Source: an uncultured Bacilli bacterium
GTDB lineage: Bacteria > Bacillota_I > Bacilli_A > RF39 > UBA660
Reading direction: 5' to 3'
Length of the DNA: 60,058 nucleotides
Assembly (NCBI GenBank): GCA_947588895.1
Contig: CANQBF010000001.1
Coordinates: forward strand, 1 to 60,058
Shown here in pieces: positions 37,188 to 46,342 of the stretch; the first letter of the stretch is position 1; every line of letters starts with the position of its first letter. Position numbers and translations under genes: made by a program. The notes beneath the pieces are model-generated. The model did no database searches and was not told the origin of the DNA. It saw nothing but the letters and a program-made list of their open reading frames with translations.

Positions 37188-37224
37188 GGCAAATCCGGAG
37201 TGCATTCCGAATTTGCCGTTTTTT
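37188..37224 (+). terminator. Intrinsic terminator after spoVT
   Basis: GGCAAATCCGGA pairs with TTCCGAATTTGCC (with bulges) and is followed by GTTTTTT. Confidence 0.65.
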
Positions 37225-37230
37225 GACTTT

Positions 37231-37278
37231 TTCGGAATTGATTCCGAATTTGACAAATAATAAAACAAATGGTATTAT
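37231..37278 (+). promoter_or_regulatory. Promoter (TTGACA-17-TATTAT) with an abutting palindromic operator-like site, TTCGGAAT-TG-ATTCCGAA
   Basis: The -35 lies at 37250..37255 and the -10 at 37273..37278. The perfect 8-bp inverted repeat lies at 37231..37248. The half-site ATTCCGAATTTG also occurs inside the spoVT terminator (37204..37215). Confidence 0.5.
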
Positions 37279-37295
37279 TTAAGTAGGTGATGGCA

Positions 37296-38498
37296 ATGAA
37301 CTATAAAAGAAACATTGAAAAAGTTTTTATGGAATACAATAAAATGTTTAAAGTAGTATTATTAACAGGACCTAGACAAGTTGGAAAAACAACATTTTTA
37401 AAATCAATTAAAGAAAAAAATCGAAAATATATTACTTTAGATGATTTAGAAATTAGGAAATTAGCTAATGAAAATCCTAAAGAATTTTTAGATATTTATT
37501 CTCCACCAGTAATTATTGATGAAATACAATATGCTCCTAAACTTTTATCTTATATAAAAATAATATGTGATAATTCAAAAGAAAAAGGCTTGTTTTGGTT
37601 AACTGGTTCGCAAAAAATTGAGGTAATGAAAGGTGTTAGTGAGTCTTTAGCTGGTCGAATGGGAGTATTAGATATGAGTTCTTTTTCGTATCGAGAAATA
37701 ATAAAAAGTAAATATCCTCCTTTTGATTTTTTAGAATTTACTAATAGAGATAAATTAATGCAAGATACAATTATGCAAAACATATTAAATGGTGGTATGC
37801 CAGAATTTATTGTAGAACAAACAAAAAGAGAATATTTTTTCAAAAGTTATGTTACTCTATATTTAGAAAGAGATATTAGAGAATTAAAGCAAGTAGCTGA
37901 TTTAAATGATTTTTATACATTTATCGTTTCTGTAGCATCGAGAGCTTGTCAGGTATTAAATTATTCTAGTATTGCTAAAGATTGTAAAAAAGATGATAAA
38001 ACAATTAGGTCATGGATTAGTATTTTAGAAGCAACTGGTATTATAAAATTGATTTATCCATATCGAAGGGATGAATTAAAAAGAATTACTTCATCTCCTA
38101 AAATAATTTTTATGGATAGTGGTTTATGTACTTATTTACTAGGTTTAAATAGTAAAACAGCTTTAGAAAATTATACTAATTTTGGATTTTTATTTGAAAA
38201 TTATATTATTTCTGAAATGATAAAAACAAATTTGAATTATAGTTTAGGTAATAATTTTTATTATTATAGAGATAAAGATGGTAATGAAATAGATTTAGTT
38301 ATTGTTGATTATGATAATATAATTCATTTATTTGAAATTAAATATCGAAATAATGTTAATATAAGTATGATAACTTCTTTTAAAAAAATGATGAATTTAA
38401 AAAATATTGGAAAAAGTGGAATTATTTGTAATGAAGATATAGTTAAAAATTTAACAAATACTTGTGATATTATTCCAATTTCTAGTATTTTAACTTAA
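37296..38498 (+). CDS. AAA-family ATPase with a DUF4143-like C-terminal domain (accessory gene)
   Basis: About 400 aa with Walker A (LLTGPRQVGKTT) and Walker B (VIIDEIQY), the typical architecture of the AAA_14/DUF4143 family. The start is at the ATG after AGGTGA. Confidence 0.8.
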   Translation: MNYKRNIEKVFMEYNKMFKVVLLTGPRQVGKTTFLKSIKEKNRKYITLDDLEIRKLANENPKEFLDIYSPPVIIDEIQYAPKLLSYIKIICDNSKEKGLFWLTGSQKIEVMKGVSESLAGRMGVLDMSSFSYREIIKSKYPPFDFLEFTNRDKLMQDTIMQNILNGGMPEFIVEQTKREYFFKSYVTLYLERDIRELKQVADLNDFYTFIVSVASRACQVLNYSSIAKDCKKDDKTIRSWISILEATGIIKLIYPYRRDELKRITSSPKIIFMDSGLCTYLLGLNSKTALENYTNFGFLFENYIISEMIKTNLNYSLGNNFYYYRDKDGNEIDLVIVDYDNIIHLFEIKYRNNVNISMITSFKKMMNLKNIGKSGIICNEDIVKNLTNTCDIIPISSILT

Positions 38499-38534
38499 AA
38501 ATATTGCTAAAAAAAATAAGTTATGATAAACTAA

Positions 38535-38745
38535 ACTTAATTAACGGGGAATAAGTATTATAATTAGGAAATATTATAGAGAGTTAATGGTTGGTGGAAA
38601 TTAATATAGGAACTAATTAGGTATGGACTTAGGAGTTAAAGCGCATGATGAGCGTTATGCATTAAAGTGTATGATTAATTCATAAATAAAGGTGGTACCA
38701 CGGGTTATCTCGTCCTTTACCTTATTTATGAATTTTTATTTTTAG
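38535..38745 (+). promoter_or_regulatory. T-box riboswitch leader, probable Met (AUG) specifier
   Basis: The T-box sequence AAAGGTGGTACCACGGG lies at about 38687..38704. A terminator (TTCATAAATAAAGGT / ACCTTATTTATGAA followed by TTTTTATTTTT) competes with it. Stem I folds by hand as follows: base helix TAAGT/ACTTA; a specifier loop with AUUA on the 5-prime side and GGUAUGG on the 3-prime side, with AUG at 38623..38625; a 7-bp helix TAATTAG/CTAATTA; a GAGAG bulge (AG bay); and a distal loop GGUUGGUGGAA. Confidence 0.8.
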
Positions 38746-38753
38746 GAGGCAAG

Positions 38754-39374
38754 ATGTTAAAAGCTATTATATTTGATTTAGATAATACTTTAATTGATTG
38801 GGATTTAATTTATCTTAAACAATTAGAATTAGTATTAAAAGATTATAATTTTTCTAAAGAAACTATATTAAAAATAGATGATATATTAGGTATGCATACA
38901 ACGATTGATGAAACCCTTAATATAAATAAGCTTGTAGATTATATTAATGCTAAGTTAAATTTAAATTTGCCAGCTGAATTTCTAATTCAATTAAGTATAG
39001 CACAACAAGATTGCTATAAAGATAATCCTGAAGTGAATGATGTAATAAAATATTTAGCTTCTAAATATGATTTATATGTTTTAAGTAATTGGTTTACTGA
39101 AACGCAAAAGGGAAGATTAAAAAATATGGGAATATTAAAGTATTTTAAAGAAGTTATTGGAGGAGACCAAAATTATTATAAACCGGATAAAAGAGCTTAT
39201 CAGTTTATCTTAGAAAAATATAAACCTAATGAATGCCTTTTTATTGGTGATGATATAGAAAAAGATATTATACCAGCTTTAGAATTGGGGATGCAGGCTA
39301 TATGGAAAAATAATGAAAAATCTAATAATTATCAAACCATAAATGAAATAAAAGAATTAAAAAGAATATTATAA
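38754..39374 (+). CDS. HAD-superfamily hydrolase
   Basis: 206 aa with motif I (IIFDLDNTLIDW), motif II (SN) and motif IV (GDDIEKD). Confidence 0.85.
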   Translation: MLKAIIFDLDNTLIDWDLIYLKQLELVLKDYNFSKETILKIDDILGMHTTIDETLNINKLVDYINAKLNLNLPAEFLIQLSIAQQDCYKDNPEVNDVIKYLASKYDLYVLSNWFTETQKGRLKNMGILKYFKEVIGGDQNYYKPDKRAYQFILEKYKPNECLFIGDDIEKDIIPALELGMQAIWKNNEKSNNYQTINEIKELKRIL

Positions 39375-39392
39375 TAGAAAGAAGGATATATA

Positions 39393-40949
39393 ATGAATAA
39401 TAAATATTTTATAACTACTGCGATTGCTTATACATCAGGTAAACCTCATATAGGAAATACTTATGAGATAGTTTTAGCGGATGCTATAGCAAGATATAAA
39501 AGATTAAAGGGATATGATGTATTTTTTCAAACAGGTACTGATGAACATGGGGAAAAAATTGAATTAAAAGCAAAAGAAGCGGGTCTTAGCCCTCAAGAAT
39601 TTGTTGATAATGTTTCTAATGAAATTAAACGTATTTGGGATGTAATGAATACAAGTTACGATAAATTTGTAAGAACTACTGATAAACATCATGAAGAAAT
39701 AGTTCAAAAAATATTTAAGAAAATGTATGATAAAGGAGATATTTATTTAGGCGAATATAAAGGACTTTATTGTACACCATGTGAATCTTTTTGGACAGAA
39801 AAAGAATTAGTGGATGGTAAATGCCCTGACTGCGGACGAGAAGTTAGTGAAAAATGTGAAGAAGCTTACTTTTTTAGATTATCAAGATACCAAGATAAAT
39901 TAATTGAATATATTGAAAGTCATCCAGAATTTATACAACCTGAGGCTAGAAAAAATGAAATGATTAATAATTTCTTAAAACCTGGTTTACAAGATTTATG
40001 TGTATCAAGAACATCTTTTAAATGGGGAATACCAGTAACATTTAATGATAAACATGTAGTTTATGTATGGCTTGATGCTTTAACTAACTATATAACTAAT
40101 ATTGGATATGACCCAGATAAAGAAAGTGTTGAATTTAATAAATGGTGGCCAGCTGATTTGCATTTAATAGGTAAAGATATAATTAGATTTCATACTATTT
40201 ATTGGCCATGTTTCTTAATGAGTTTAGACTTACCTTTACCAAAACAAGTTTTTGGTCATCCTTGGCTTTTAATGAATGATGGTAAAATGAGTAAAAGTAA
40301 GGGTAATGTTATTTATGCTGATGATTTAGTTAAATATTTTGGTGTTGATGCCGTTAGATATTATTTACTTCATGAAATACCTTTTAGTACGGATGGCGTT
40401 ATCTCTCATGAATTATTAATTGAGAGAATTAATAGTGATTTAGTAAATATTTTAGGTAATTTAGTTAATAGAACAATTACTATGGGTATTAAATATTTTG
40501 AAGGAAAAGTAGAAAATAAAAAAGTTTCTAGTGATGTTGATAATAGTTTAATTAGACTTATTAATAATTTAGATAAGAATGTTGAATTAAAAATGGATAA
40601 ATTAGAAATAGGTAGTGCAATAGACCAAATATTTGAAGTATTAAGAAGTAGTAATAAATATATTGATGATACTACACCTTGGGTTTTAGCTAAAGATGAA
40701 AGTAATAAAGATAGACTGGAAACAGTTATTTATAATTTACTTGAAGCAATAAGGGTATGTGCTGTTTTAATTAAACCATTCTTACCAGATACTAGTGATA
40801 ATATTTTAAATCAATTAAATATTAAAGATAATTCATTTAAATTTAATGAAAATAATAAATATGAACTTAATAATCCAACCATATTATTTCAAAGAATTGA
40901 TATGGTAAAAAAATCACAAGAAATAGAAGATGAAAAAAAGTATGCTTAA
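39393..40949 (+). CDS. metG: Methionine--tRNA ligase (short form, no C-terminal tRNA-binding domain)
   Basis: 518 aa with the HIGH-type motif (GKPHIGN), KMSKS and a zinc knuckle (CPDCG). Confidence 0.96.
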   Translation: MNNKYFITTAIAYTSGKPHIGNTYEIVLADAIARYKRLKGYDVFFQTGTDEHGEKIELKAKEAGLSPQEFVDNVSNEIKRIWDVMNTSYDKFVRTTDKHHEEIVQKIFKKMYDKGDIYLGEYKGLYCTPCESFWTEKELVDGKCPDCGREVSEKCEEAYFFRLSRYQDKLIEYIESHPEFIQPEARKNEMINNFLKPGLQDLCVSRTSFKWGIPVTFNDKHVVYVWLDALTNYITNIGYDPDKESVEFNKWWPADLHLIGKDIIRFHTIYWPCFLMSLDLPLPKQVFGHPWLLMNDGKMSKSKGNVIYADDLVKYFGVDAVRYYLLHEIPFSTDGVISHELLIERINSDLVNILGNLVNRTITMGIKYFEGKVENKKVSSDVDNSLIRLINNLDKNVELKMDKLEIGSAIDQIFEVLRSSNKYIDDTTPWVLAKDESNKDRLETVIYNLLEAIRVCAVLIKPFLPDTSDNILNQLNIKDNSFKFNENNKYELNNPTILFQRIDMVKKSQEIEDEKKYA

Positions 40950-41712
40950 TTATTTTACGGATAGTCATTGTCATATATATAGTGAATATTATGAAAATAT
41001 TGATGATATTATTAAATTAGCTATGCAAAATAATGTTAAAAGATTTATTAATAATGGTACTTCTAGAAATTCAAATATCGAAGTATTAAGTTTAATTAAT
41101 AAATATCCCAATATGTATGGAGCGATTGGAATTCATCCCGAAAATGTTAATGATTATACGATGGAAGATATTAATTTTATTGAAGATAATTTAAAAAATA
41201 AAAAAATAGTTGCTATTGGAGAGATTGGTCTTGATTATCACTATACAAAAGATGATAAAGATAAACAAATTAAATTATTTGAATTACAATTATCTTTAGC
41301 AGAAAAATATAATATACCAGTAATTGTTCATAGTAGGGATGCAACATTAGATACAATTAATACTTTGAAAAAATATCATGTAAAAGGCATAATTCATTCT
41401 TTTTCTGGTAGTATTGAAACAGCAAGAGAATATATAAAAATGGGTTATTTACTGGGAATTAATGGAGTTATAACATTTAAAAATGCTAATTTAAAAGATG
41501 TTTATAAAGATATTGATTTAAGTAATATTGTACTTGAAACGGATGCTCCATATTTAACTCCTGAACCTTTTAGGGGTAAACAAAATAATTCAAGCCACAT
41601 CTTAGATATAGCAACATTTGTTGCCACTTTAAAAGATATTAGTTTAGATGAGTTAGCAAAGATAACAAATAATAATTTAGAAAGAGTATTTAATTTTAAT
41701 GTTGATAACTAA
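40930..41712 (+). CDS. tatD: TatD-family metal-dependent DNase/hydrolase (YabD)
   Basis: 260 aa with DSHCH, EIGLDYH, VHSR and ETDAPYL motifs. It follows metG as in Bacillus. Confidence 0.92.
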   Translation: MKKSMLNYFTDSHCHIYSEYYENIDDIIKLAMQNNVKRFINNGTSRNSNIEVLSLINKYPNMYGAIGIHPENVNDYTMEDINFIEDNLKNKKIVAIGEIGLDYHYTKDDKDKQIKLFELQLSLAEKYNIPVIVHSRDATLDTINTLKKYHVKGIIHSFSGSIETAREYIKMGYLLGINGVITFKNANLKDVYKDIDLSNIVLETDAPYLTPEPFRGKQNNSSHILDIATFVATLKDISLDELAKITNNNLERVFNFNVDN

Positions 41713-41732
41713 TAAGTTTTCAACATTTTTAT

Positions 41733-41762
41733 TTGACATGATAAAATAGCTTATGTTAGAAT
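41733..41762 (+). promoter_or_regulatory. Sigma-A-type promoter (TTGACA-18-TAGAAT)
   Basis: The hexamers lie at 41733..41738 and 41757..41762, upstream of 41809..42291. A DnaA-box-like TTTTCAACA lies just upstream. Confidence 0.5.
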
Positions 41763-41808
41763 AGCATTTAATTACAAAAGGGATTAATTCTGTAAAAAAG
41801 GTGGATTT

Positions 41809-42291
41809 ATGAAAATTTTAGATAAAATAAAAAAGATTGAAGAAATAAAAGAAAAGTTATATGCAGTAAAAAATGAGATACTTAATCATTATGAAGAACT
41901 AAAAGAAGATTTTATTGAAGAATATATTGATGAGAAAAAATCGATTGTTGATAATAATATTAGTGTTGATATTTCTAATGAAGTCCTTGATAATTATGAT
42001 TATTTTTTAAATAGTTTTGATAAATGGGATTTTGAATTCGAGTTTAAAAAATTAACAAATGCTACCTTAAGTATTCCTTTAACCAAATTAAAGGATAGAA
42101 AAGCTTTAGAGGTACTTATTAATAAATTTTTAGTTAATAATGAATTAGGAATGATAACATTTTCTAGTATATCTTATAATGAAAATAAAAATTATAAATT
42201 AACTTTCATTGTTGATTTTAAACATAATATAAATAAAGAAGATATTTTAAAAGCATTAGATAATGAAAAAGCATTAGTTAGAGTAAAATAG
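41809..42291 (+). CDS. Hypothetical protein (160 aa)
   Basis: A long ORF with a good RBS (AAAGGTGGA) and its own promoter. I recognise no motif. Confidence 0.65.
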   Translation: MKILDKIKKIEEIKEKLYAVKNEILNHYEELKEDFIEEYIDEKKSIVDNNISVDISNEVLDNYDYFLNSFDKWDFEFEFKKLTNATLSIPLTKLKDRKALEVLINKFLVNNELGMITFSSISYNENKNYKLTFIVDFKHNINKEDILKALDNEKALVRVK

Positions 42292-42296
42292 TAATT

Positions 42297-42325
42297 TTGA
42301 CAAATCTTTATAACTTTTGTATAAT
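42297..42325 (+). promoter_or_regulatory. Consensus sigma-A promoter (TTGACA-17-TATAAT)
   Basis: The -35 lies at 42297..42302 and the -10 at 42320..42325. Confidence 0.6.
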
Positions 42326-42349
42326 TTTATTTAGATAGGAAGATAAGTT

Positions 42350-42883
42350 ATGAAGTGGTATATTAATGTTTTTGTTAAAACTTTAATTATAATATTATTT
42401 ATTGTTATATCAAGTACATATGTTAATACTATTGAAAATAAAACTTTTAGTAATAATATAAATAAAAATATTAATTTATCAACAATGGCAATGAAATTAG
42501 ATGAATTTATTGAAAATGATATATATAGTGCTAAAGATACATATACTGGAGATTTAACTGGTTATGTTTATAATTGTCCTTTATGTGGTGGACATTTAGG
42601 TTGTATGTATAATTATGATATTACTGATGGTAAAAATACTTATCCTGATGAAACTTATGGAACAGTTAATATAGTCGCGTCATCATTAAATTTACCCTGT
42701 GGAACAATTGTTAGATTTGAAAACAAAAAAATATCAAATGAACCGGTTATAGCTATTGTTCTTGATCGGGGTGTTCGTGGTAATGCACTGGATTTCTTAA
42801 GTCCTGATTTAGATTATGCTTTAAATTTAGGAAGAAGTATTGTTACTTATGACATACTTAGAACTGGATGGGGTAATAAATAA
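42350..42883 (+). CDS. 3D-domain (RlpA/MltA-like double-psi beta-barrel) cell-wall protein, YabE-related
   Basis: 177 aa with an N-terminal TM helix or signal. The segment LTGYVYNCPLCGG...GTIVRFEN...AIVLDRG...LDF is typical of 3D domains, and the gene sits in the yabE slot between yabD and ksgA. Confidence 0.7.
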   Translation: MKWYINVFVKTLIIILFIVISSTYVNTIENKTFSNNINKNINLSTMAMKLDEFIENDIYSAKDTYTGDLTGYVYNCPLCGGHLGCMYNYDITDGKNTYPDETYGTVNIVASSLNLPCGTIVRFENKKISNEPVIAIVLDRGVRGNALDFLSPDLDYALNLGRSIVTYDILRTGWGNK

Positions 42884-42885
42884 AA

Positions 42886-43656
42886 ATGGAAGCAAAAAAA
42901 AGTTTAGGCCAAAATTTTTTAATAGATAATAATGTTTTAAATAATATAGCTAATGTTATAAATGTTAGTGAAGATGATTTAGTAATTGAAATAGGACCTG
43001 GACAGGGAGCTTTAACAAAATATTTAAAAAACAAAAATTGTTATTTATTATGTTATGAAGTTGATAAAGATTTAACAAAATATTTAGATAATTTAGAAAA
43101 TAATAAAACTAAAATAATATATCAAGATATATTAAAAAGTAATATAAAAGAAGATATAAAAGATATTAAATATAATAATTTATTTATAGTAGGTAATTTA
43201 CCATATTATATAACTACCCCTATAATTAAATATTTAATAAGTCAAAATTTAAATATTAAAGAAATGATTTTTATGGTTCAAGAAGAAGTAGCAAATCGTT
43301 TTTCCGCTAAACCTAATTCAAAAGATTATGGTAGTATTACTTTATACTTACAATATTATTTTAATATAACTAAATTATTTAAAGTTAGTAAATATGCTTT
43401 TAATCCAGTACCTAAAGTAGAGAGTGCAATTATAAAATTGGAAAAGAGAAATAAAATATTAGATGTTAATAAAGATAAATATTTTAAATTAATAAATGAT
43501 AGTTTTAACCAAAAAAGAAAAACTTTAAAAAATAATTTAAAAGATTATGATTTTAACAAAATTTTAGATGTTTTAGAAAAATATGATTTACATGAAAATG
43601 TAAGAGCAGAAGAAATTAGTGAAGAAATATTTGTAAATATATGTAATATTTTATAA
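42886..43656 (+). CDS. rsmA: 16S rRNA (adenine1518/1519-N6)-dimethyltransferase RsmA (KsgA)
   Basis: 256 aa with KSLGQNFL, EIGPGQGALT and GNLPYYITTPI. Confidence 0.95.
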   Translation: MEAKKSLGQNFLIDNNVLNNIANVINVSEDDLVIEIGPGQGALTKYLKNKNCYLLCYEVDKDLTKYLDNLENNKTKIIYQDILKSNIKEDIKDIKYNNLFIVGNLPYYITTPIIKYLISQNLNIKEMIFMVQEEVANRFSAKPNSKDYGSITLYLQYYFNITKLFKVSKYAFNPVPKVESAIIKLEKRNKILDVNKDKYFKLINDSFNQKRKTLKNNLKDYDFNKILDVLEKYDLHENVRAEEISEEIFVNICNIL

Positions 43657-43719
43657 GTATTTATAAAATTTCACAAAATCTTCACAATTCAATGTTAATT
43701 TTATAGTAGGAGGTACGTT

Positions 43720-44214
43720 ATGAAAGATGGAAGAAATATCATAATTGCGGCTTTATTAGTAGCAGTATTAACGATGTCTATTGGTTATGCAGCATTTGCA
43801 ACAACACTTAATATCAATGGTAATGCTGAAATTACAGGTACTTGGGATGTAAAAATTACTGGTATTGAAGCTACTAAAACAACTGGGGATGCTGATGGTG
43901 GCGAACCAACATTTACTAATACAAGTGCAAAGTTTGATGCTGAATTAACTAAACCAGGTGATTCAGTTGTTTATACTATTACTGTTCAAAATAATGGCTC
44001 AATTGATGCAACTTTGACTACTTTTCAACTAACACCACAAGTAGATGGTTCAGAAGCAATTAATTATGAATATACTGAGCCTGAAAAAAATTTAACAGCA
44101 GGTTCATCTACAACTTTTACAGTTACTGTAACATATGATTCTAGTGTTACTGAGATGCCAGATGTATTAACTAGATCTGCAACTGGAATAGTTGAATATT
44201 CACAAGCTGAATAA
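43720..44214 (+). CDS. Secreted beta-sandwich protein with a SipW-type (TasA/camelysin-like) signal peptide
   Basis: 164 aa. The signal is IIIAALLVAVLTMSIGYA|AFATTLNINGNAEI; compare TasA GGGTWA|AFND. The mature part is T/S/G-rich with alternating beta-strand patterns (PGDSVVYTITVQNNGSIDATL). It has a strong RBS (AGGAGG). Confidence 0.7.
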   Translation: MKDGRNIIIAALLVAVLTMSIGYAAFATTLNINGNAEITGTWDVKITGIEATKTTGDADGGEPTFTNTSAKFDAELTKPGDSVVYTITVQNNGSIDATLTTFQLTPQVDGSEAINYEYTEPEKNLTAGSSTTFTVTVTYDSSVTEMPDVLTRSATGIVEYSQAE

Positions 44215-44253
44215 ATTTTGCATTAATAAATAATTTAAAGTGGGTGTTTTATT

Positions 44254-45156
44254 ATGAGAAGGAAAACAATTAGAAAAATCAAAAGAGTCTTTAATTATAA
44301 AACGTTGTTTACCTTTTTATTAATTATAATACCTGCTTTTTTATTTATAATGACTGGTTATGGATTATTTTCAACTAGACAAAATATAAATGGCACTGCA
44401 AAAATAAAGAATAATACAGGAAAAGATGAAGAAGATATAAATGATATTTGTCATATAGAAATAAATTGGGATATTGCTTCTAGTTGGTCAAATAATTATA
44501 TAGTTGATATAACTTTGACTAATCATTCAAATGATGATATTCATACTTGGGTTATTAAATTTCCCAATGTTCCAAATGTTGAAATCACATCACAACATGG
44601 TACTGTAACTGAATCAAATAATCATAAATATATTCATGCTTTAGATTGGAATGGTAAAATTTTACTTGAAGAAAGTTTAACTTTTCAAGCACAATTTACT
44701 ACTTCTGAAGATATCACGAATATTTTAAATAATATCGTAATAACCAATTGTGGTCGTGTAACAACTGATGAAGATGATGAAATAGGTTCAGGAAATGCAA
44801 AATTGGAACTTCTATATGGTGAGGTTGAACTTGACGCTAGTTTAACTCTTATTGCAGGTGGCGATTGGGGTGGTCAAGTTAATCGATATACCTTGACAAT
44901 TACTAATAATACTGAATTTGATATAGTTGAATGGCGTGGAATAGTTTATTTTGGAAAGAAATCAACTAATCCATCGCAATGTACGATATATGAAGCAACG
45001 TTAACTGATAAAGCTGATACACACTTTTATTTTGAAGATAATGGTGGAAATAATACGATAAAGGCTGGAGAATCATTGGAAATGAATTTAGTTATATATA
45101 CTAATGATGCCAAATATTTTCCTCAAGTTACAGTTGCTGGATTGAAAGCTGATTAA
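44254..45156 (+). CDS. Secreted or anchored protein with a related signal (TGYG|LFSTRQNINGTAKI) and two CBM2-like beta-sandwich repeats
   Basis: 300 aa. It has two repeats of the pattern W..(N/G)..V.(I/L)T(L/I)TN.....I..W.(V/I).F. Confidence 0.65.
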   Translation: MRRKTIRKIKRVFNYKTLFTFLLIIIPAFLFIMTGYGLFSTRQNINGTAKIKNNTGKDEEDINDICHIEINWDIASSWSNNYIVDITLTNHSNDDIHTWVIKFPNVPNVEITSQHGTVTESNNHKYIHALDWNGKILLEESLTFQAQFTTSEDITNILNNIVITNCGRVTTDEDDEIGSGNAKLELLYGEVELDASLTLIAGGDWGGQVNRYTLTITNNTEFDIVEWRGIVYFGKKSTNPSQCTIYEATLTDKADTHFYFEDNGGNNTIKAGESLEMNLVIYTNDAKYFPQVTVAGLKAD

Positions 45157-45157
45157 G

Positions 45158-46324
45158 ATGAATTTAAATAATATTAAAGAAAAAAAATTATTAATACTAA
45201 TTATTAGTTATTTAATTATAACTATTCTTTTATCATTTAACTATTATCATTTATATATAAATACAATTAATCCTTTATTTTTTTTGATAATTATATTTTA
45301 TTCTATATATGAATTAAAAAAGAGTTATATACGTTTTAAAGATAGTAATAATTATAATTTTAAAATGTTTATTATCGTTATTATATATTTGGTATTCTTA
45401 TTTAATTTAGGATTTATTATTGGATATGCTAGAAGCCCTTACTCTCATACTATAAGAGGTATTATAAAAAATATTTATCAATTAGTTATACCGATAATAG
45501 GTATTGAATTAATAAGAGGAATATTAATAGTAAAAAATAGAAATAATAAAGGTTTAATTTTTCTAATTACTTTGATTCTAATTTTATTAGAAGTAAATTA
45601 TTGGGCATTATTTTCAAATATAAATAATCCTGAACGTTTTTTTCAATATTTTTGTTCTACAATTTTACCACTGATTTTTTCAAGTTCAGTTTATTCATAT
45701 TTGTGTTATCATACATCATATAAATTACCATTAATTTTTCGGATTTTTGAAATAGCTTTTCAATTATTATTACCAATATATCCTAATATAAATTGGTTTG
45801 TTACGGGTTCAATTGGTATAATCGTTCCAATAATAATATTCTTTTTATTTAAATATCGTTATTTTAAAATTAAAAACAATGATAGAAAAATGAAAAGTAA
45901 TAAATTTGGAATGGCTTTTTCAATAATTTTTGCTATCTTTTTAGTAGCGTTTATGTTAGGGTTTTTTAAGTATGAAATGGTAGCAATTCTTTCTAATAGT
46001 ATGTATCCTTCATATGAACGTGGAGATATAGTTATTTATGAAAAAATTAATGATTTAGAATTGCAAAATATACCAAATAATTCTATAATTGTATATACTA
46101 TTGGAAATCAAATAATTGCACATCGAATTGTAGATGTTGTTGAAGAAAATGGCACAATAAAATATAGGACAAAGGGTGATTACAATAACGCTCCAGATTC
46201 TAGATTAGTTTCTTTGGAGCAAATAAAAGGCGTATATGTTTTACATATAAAATATTTAGGATTTCCAGCAGTATGGTTAAATGAATTTTTCAATAAAGAA
46301 GAAGCTGTTGTGGAAACAAAATAA
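45158..46324 (+). CDS. Fusion of a polytopic membrane domain (about 7-8 TM) with a SipW/archaeal-ER-type signal peptidase I (S26B)
   Basis: 388 aa. The C-terminal roughly 115 aa carry S26B motifs: LSNSMYP (Ser nucleophile), IIAHRIV (His) and RTKGDYNNAPD. The N-terminal roughly 265 aa are hydrophobic helices with no motif I recognise. Confidence 0.8.
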   Translation: MNLNNIKEKKLLILIISYLIITILLSFNYYHLYINTINPLFFLIIIFYSIYELKKSYIRFKDSNNYNFKMFIIVIIYLVFLFNLGFIIGYARSPYSHTIRGIIKNIYQLVIPIIGIELIRGILIVKNRNNKGLIFLITLILILLEVNYWALFSNINNPERFFQYFCSTILPLIFSSSVYSYLCYHTSYKLPLIFRIFEIAFQLLLPIYPNINWFVTGSIGIIVPIIIFFLFKYRYFKIKNNDRKMKSNKFGMAFSIIFAIFLVAFMLGFFKYEMVAILSNSMYPSYERGDIVIYEKINDLELQNIPNNSIIVYTIGNQIIAHRIVDVVEENGTIKYRTKGDYNNAPDSRLVSLEQIKGVYVLHIKYLGFPAVWLNEFFNKEEAVVETK

Positions 46325-46342
46325 AAAGGAAGGTAGGCTAAT

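Noticed and set aside
38611-38619. GAA-CUA-A in the T-box leader as a Leu specifier
   Set aside because: In the best hand-fold this segment is part of a 7-bp helix (TAATTAG/CTAATTA). The internal loop at the canonical specifier position contains AUG instead, which matches the downstream metG.
45158-45950. The N-terminal domain of the SipW fusion as an exosortase/archaeosortase or a CPBP (CAAX) protease
   Set aside because: The conserved catalytic motifs (Cys-Ser-Gly/Arg/His; EExxxR, FxxxH, HxxxN) are not present in the right form. Only a vague E-x-x-R-G and a Y-x-x-x-H were seen.
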